64,000 bases of DNA, from positions 544,001 to 608,000 of the forward strand of contig CBDANS010000007.1 of assembly GCA_965197745.1 (NCBI GenBank), read 5' to 3'. Source of the stretch: Opitutales bacterium (GTDB lineage: Bacteria > Verrucomicrobiota > Verrucomicrobiia > Opitutales > PNEW01). Numbering within the stretch: position 1 is the stretch's first letter; every line of letters starts with the position of its first letter. The notes under the pieces are model-generated. The model had not been told where the DNA came from, did no database searches, and was given only the letters and a program-made list of their open reading frames with translations. This document shows positions 60,269 through 64,000 of the stretch, in pieces. The position numbers were made by a program, and so were the translations under genes.

Positions 60269-61867
60269 TTATGACGCAATATCTTCGGGATTGATGTAGA
60301 CTCCGACGATATGACTTTGTCCAGGTATGTCGCCACAGTTGGTGTAGTCGATGAAAATGATCCGGCCATCGGGCAGTGTGAGCCAGGAGGAATAGCCGTG
60401 ATCGGGGTGAGGTTTTTGGTCGGGGTGATTTCCGTGGATTTGTACCATCCGGTTACGTTGATACTGATCGGGGTAGTCGCCGGATGAAGCGGACCAGTTC
60501 CACGACCAGTCATCGAGTGTTTTGTTTTGGGAGGAGAAAGAGACTGCTCTCCAGGTGCTCGTGCCCGTATCACCCCATTGTCCAAACATGGTGCGCATGT
60601 CGGTGCGAGCAGTTTGGAAGTCTGAGATGTTTGTTTCTCCACGAAAGACATTGCGATAGATGAGGTCTTCGCCGTCCAGTTGTATGCGTAGTAATCCACT
60701 TTTGTGTCGCATGGCGACTTTTCTCGGACGGGAGAAGTCAGCCTTTTTGTAAAGGTCGGAGCGCTGCACTTCGCCGAGCGAAATGAAGTCGGAACCGATA
60801 GTGATAAAGGCATTCACGCTTCCGCAGGACATAAATGAGATCGGTTTGCCAGGTGGGCCTTCAACTTTTATTTCGGTTTTGAAGTCGACGGTGCTGAAAC
60901 GATTCTGAGGTGGCAGGAGGCTGTATCGGCATTCGTGTTCGGGCTTGTTTTCGATGATCAGCGCGCCATTATTCAGCGTTGCACTGTATTTTCTGCGTGG
61001 GCCTCCGATTGCATAGGTACCTGCTTCCTGTTTCAGGTCACCGATCCAGGCGTAGCAACCCAGGCCACCATTTACGTGACGGCCGGTGACCATACAACGT
61101 CCGTCGGCGAGTTGCTTCACATAAGGACGGTGGAGCGCGAAGGGGCACATTTGTGGATCGCTCCAGGTCTGACCATTGTCCTGTGAATAGGTGACAAAGC
61201 TGGGGATGCCGCCCGATTGATTTTCCCGCATGACACAGGCCAGTTCATTGCCACCATCGAGGATCACGAGGGCGCCTTCACAAAAGCGGTGATAGCCGTC
61301 ATGTGCTACGATGACCTGATCGCCCCAGGTTCTACCGCCGTCAGTGGAGGTGGTCATTATTTCGGCGAATTCCTGGCTTTCGCGCATCATGATGTGTGAG
61401 CAAACGGCGAGGCGACCATCTGGCAGTTCCATCATACGGTCGGGTTCAAAGCCCATGATATTGGGCTTGTGTGGGCCGTCCCAGGTTTTGCCTTCGTCGG
61501 TGCTCCACCAGATCCAGTTACCGGGGGGCTGGTCTACGTGAAAGTGGCCGAAATCGTCGTGGTCACAGATAACTGCAATTCTATTGTCTCGTAGCAAACT
61601 TATGCGCGGTGTGACCAGACGTTCGTCTCCTTTACTGCGATCGGCAGTTGCTACTTCATTCAATTTGTCCCATGTCTGACCATCATCGTCACTATAAAGG
61701 ATTGTGAGTATCTGTGTTGTTTCTCCCCAGTGGGCTTCGGTGTCGGAGTAGACGAGAAGGAGACGGCCGGATGTGAGGCGTATGATATCGGGATTTTTTG
61801 TGAATCGATCGGGACTTCGCCAGGCTTCGAATACTTTGTGGGCTACAGATCGGGGAGGGATGTACAT
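60269..61867 (-). CDS. Sialidase-family (BNR/Asp-box) protein
   Basis: Asp boxes SDDDGQTW, STDEGKTW, STDGGRTW and SQDNGQTW, and DHGYS near the C-terminus. Confidence 0.8.
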   Translation of the reverse strand: MYIPPRSVAHKVFEAWRSPDRFTKNPDIIRLTSGRLLLVYSDTEAHWGETTQILTILYSDDDGQTWDKLNEVATADRSKGDERLVTPRISLLRDNRIAVICDHDDFGHFHVDQPPGNWIWWSTDEGKTWDGPHKPNIMGFEPDRMMELPDGRLAVCSHIMMRESQEFAEIMTTSTDGGRTWGDQVIVAHDGYHRFCEGALVILDGGNELACVMRENQSGGIPSFVTYSQDNGQTWSDPQMCPFALHRPYVKQLADGRCMVTGRHVNGGLGCYAWIGDLKQEAGTYAIGGPRRKYSATLNNGALIIENKPEHECRYSLLPPQNRFSTVDFKTEIKVEGPPGKPISFMSCGSVNAFITIGSDFISLGEVQRSDLYKKADFSRPRKVAMRHKSGLLRIQLDGEDLIYRNVFRGETNISDFQTARTDMRTMFGQWGDTGTSTWRAVSFSSQNKTLDDWSWNWSASSGDYPDQYQRNRMVQIHGNHPDQKPHPDHGYSSWLTLPDGRIIFIDYTNCGDIPGQSHIVGVYINPEDIAS

Positions 61868-62051
61868 AGAGTTCCTTTAATTTGAAATGCTGGGTGGTCG
61901 AGCGTCAATTCGGTATTTTGATAGAAGGATTCATACCTACAAGAGTTAGATACTATGACACCTGAAAAATTATATCGATAAATAATTCAGTAGTGATTTT
62001 ATCTTGTGGTATTTCCAGGAAGCGTTACCACACGGAAAGATAATAAGTACG

Positions 62052-63101
62052 ATGTTGGTATTAGATGCATTAACGGTTGAACTTCGAAAAGGAGCTGACT
62101 TAGACAACGCACAGTCTGAAGAAGCTGCCAATTCACTGACTTCAGCGGATATCTCCGCTGAATCAAAAGAAGATTTTTTAATTGCCCTAGCCGAAAAAGG
62201 GGAGTCTGCCGGTGAAGTTGCCGCCTTCGCTCATATATTTCGCAATCATGCCCGTGACCCTGGAGTGTCTGCTTACGCGGACAAAGCAATTGATGTTGTC
62301 GGAACCGGGGGCGATCACTCAGGCAGTTTCAATATTTCAACGACTGTAAGTTTTGTCGTGGCAGCTGCTGGTGTCACTGTCATCAAACACGGTAGCAGTG
62401 CAATCACCTCGAAAAGTGGAAGCGCAGATCTTCTACACGCTCTCGGTATTAATCTTCAAGCAGATAACGAATTGATCCAACGATCGCTTGAAGTTCTGAA
62501 CTTTTGCTTTTTATTTGCTCCCGCCTTTCACCCTGCATTTAAGGAGATAATGCCCGTGCGAAAGTCTCTCGCCGAGAAAGGACGGCGCAGCATATTTAAT
62601 ATATTGGGCCCCCTTATTAATCCAGGCCGGCCGGCCTATCAGCTCCTTGGTGTATATGCTGAACACTGGGTCGAACCCCTGGCTGAATGCCTCCAAACAT
62701 TGGGAATTAAACGCGGTATCGTGGTACACGGAATCGTGAACACCGATACGGTGATGGATGAACTTACCTGCTCTGGGGTAAACCGTGTAGCCGGGGTGGG
62801 TGAACTGTGTCAAACGAACACGACGTGGGTTCCTGAAGATTTTGGTCTCGAAACCTGCGAATTTTCAGAATTAAGGGGTGGATCAGCAGAGGATAATCTT
62901 AGGCTCCTCCATGAAATACTGGAGGGGAGAGGCCGGCCCGGGCTCCTTAACTCAATTTTATGGAATGCCGGTGCTGCTCTCTGGATTGCCGAAAAAGTAA
63001 AAGACCCACATGAGGGAATTGATATGGCTCGGTCACTTATACAAGACGGTGTGGTTCGAAAGTGGTTACAGCGCGCGCGCGATTTTTACCTGACGTCATG
63101 A
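62052..63101 (+). CDS. trpD: Anthranilate phosphoribosyltransferase
   Basis: DVVGTGGD..GSFNIST, KHG, SKSGSADLL, FNILGPLINP and DE. Confidence 0.95.
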   Translation: MLVLDALTVELRKGADLDNAQSEEAANSLTSADISAESKEDFLIALAEKGESAGEVAAFAHIFRNHARDPGVSAYADKAIDVVGTGGDHSGSFNISTTVSFVVAAAGVTVIKHGSSAITSKSGSADLLHALGINLQADNELIQRSLEVLNFCFLFAPAFHPAFKEIMPVRKSLAEKGRRSIFNILGPLINPGRPAYQLLGVYAEHWVEPLAECLQTLGIKRGIVVHGIVNTDTVMDELTCSGVNRVAGVGELCQTNTTWVPEDFGLETCEFSELRGGSAEDNLRLLHEILEGRGRPGLLNSILWNAGAALWIAEKVKDPHEGIDMARSLIQDGVVRKWLQRARDFYLTS

Positions 63102-64000
63102 GCCTGAAGTATTTTGGAACGGACGGGATACGCGGTGAGTTTGGAGGATCGCTTATATCAACGGATATGTTTCGACGTCTAGGTTGTGCGGTGGGCAAGT
63201 ACCTTGAGGAAACCAGGAACCATCGTGATCATAAAATTGTCGTTGCGCGTGATACTCGTGATTCAGGTAAAGAACTTGAAAAAGCTTTTTGCGAAGGGGT
63301 AGCCACACCTGATATTGAGATTGTGGCTCTAGGTGTTCTTCCTACTCCTGCGGTATCGATGGCAACGCGTGAGCTTCACGCTGACCTGGGGGTGGTTATT
63401 ACTGCATCCCACAATCCCTCAACCGATAATGGTATCAAGCTCTTGTCCTCTGACGGTCGAAAGCTCGACGAAGGCGCGGAAAGCAGAATAGAGCAACTTG
63501 TTGAAGAAATAGATGAGGTGCCGGCAAGCACAGGTATAAATTATTCCTGCGATTTCGATGGAATAGAATTTTATGTTCGTTACGCTCAATCCTTATTAGC
63601 GGAGAATTGCTTGAAAGGATGGAAAATAGTTGTCGATGCCGCGAATGGCGCCGCTTATAGAACCACGCCATCAACCCTTGCCAATCTTGGGGCGGAAGTG
63701 ATAGAGATCGGAGATACACCTGATGGCGTTAATATTAATGAAAGCTGCGGCAGTGAACATCCTGAAAGGTTAGCAAATGAGGTAAAGAAGGTTAATGCGA
63801 GATTAGGGATGGCGCACGATGGCGATGGCGATCGTCTTGTGGTCTGTGATGAAAGCGGTGATTTGGTCGATGGTGATGAGTTGTTGGCTATTCTTGGACT
63901 GCATTACATAGGACAAGAAACATTGTCAGCTAATGCCCTGGTTGCTACAATAATGAGCAACATGGGACTTGATCGGGCAATCGAAAATGCCGGTGGAAAA
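63098..64000 (+). CDS. glmM: Phosphoglucosamine mutase, running off the right edge of the window
   Basis: Manual translation: MSLKYFGTDGIRG, RDTRDSG, LPTPAV, VITASHNP..DNGIK, HDGDGDR and MSNMG. It overlaps trpD at ATGA. Confidence 0.92.
   Translation, partial: MSLKYFGTDGIRGEFGGSLISTDMFRRLGCAVGKYLEETRNHRDHKIVVARDTRDSGKELEKAFCEGVATPDIEIVALGVLPTPAVSMATRELHADLGVVITASHNPSTDNGIKLLSSDGRKLDEGAESRIEQLVEEIDEVPASTGINYSCDFDGIEFYVRYAQSLLAENCLKGWKIVVDAANGAAYRTTPSTLANLGAEVIEIGDTPDGVNINESCGSEHPERLANEVKKVNARLGMAHDGDGDRLVVCDESGDLVDGDELLAILGLHYIGQETLSANALVATIMSNMGLDRAIENAGGK

Noticed and set aside
1203..62813. The many short nested or antisense ORFs in the six-frame track
   Set aside because: They lie within well-supported genes and show no recognisable motifs.
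63435..63719. 94-aa minus-strand ORF
   Set aside because: It is a shadow of glmM, which the ORF track missed because it runs off the window.

Overview
This is a gene-dense bacterial chromosomal window, most likely from Verrucomicrobiota (Opitutae-like). That assignment is inferred from a DUF5069-type protein and a PEP-CTERM beta-strand-repeat protein with a VPETST...GWRERHR tail. The housekeeping genes are mutL, glgP, an OGG-type glycosylase, cysK, dtd, mpg, uppP, trpD, partial glmM, a split glnE and tRNA-Leu(TAG). There is a cobalamin uptake locus (btuF/D/C-like ABC genes, a btuB-like receptor under a cobalamin riboswitch with terminator, and a PduO-like gene), a copper nitrite reductase operon (nirK-cytochrome c fusion, nirV-like, SCO, alginate-export-type porin), and a catabolic cluster of unknown substrate. 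Four observations stand out. (1) A candidate regulon for a Cys-rich PocR-AraC regulator: a shared 42-bp promoter element with two half-sites 21 bp apart lies upstream of nirK, a usp gene and a pair of paralogous Cys-containing RsbRD-N-like genes. (2) A 65-aa bacterial histone of the Bd0055 type. (3) Several families of small intergenic repeats, including a dispersed AATCTTCGTCTTCGTCTGCCTC family. (4) Three interrupted genes and several proteins with eroded catalytic motifs. All calls come from reading the sequence and recognising motifs; no database searches were run.
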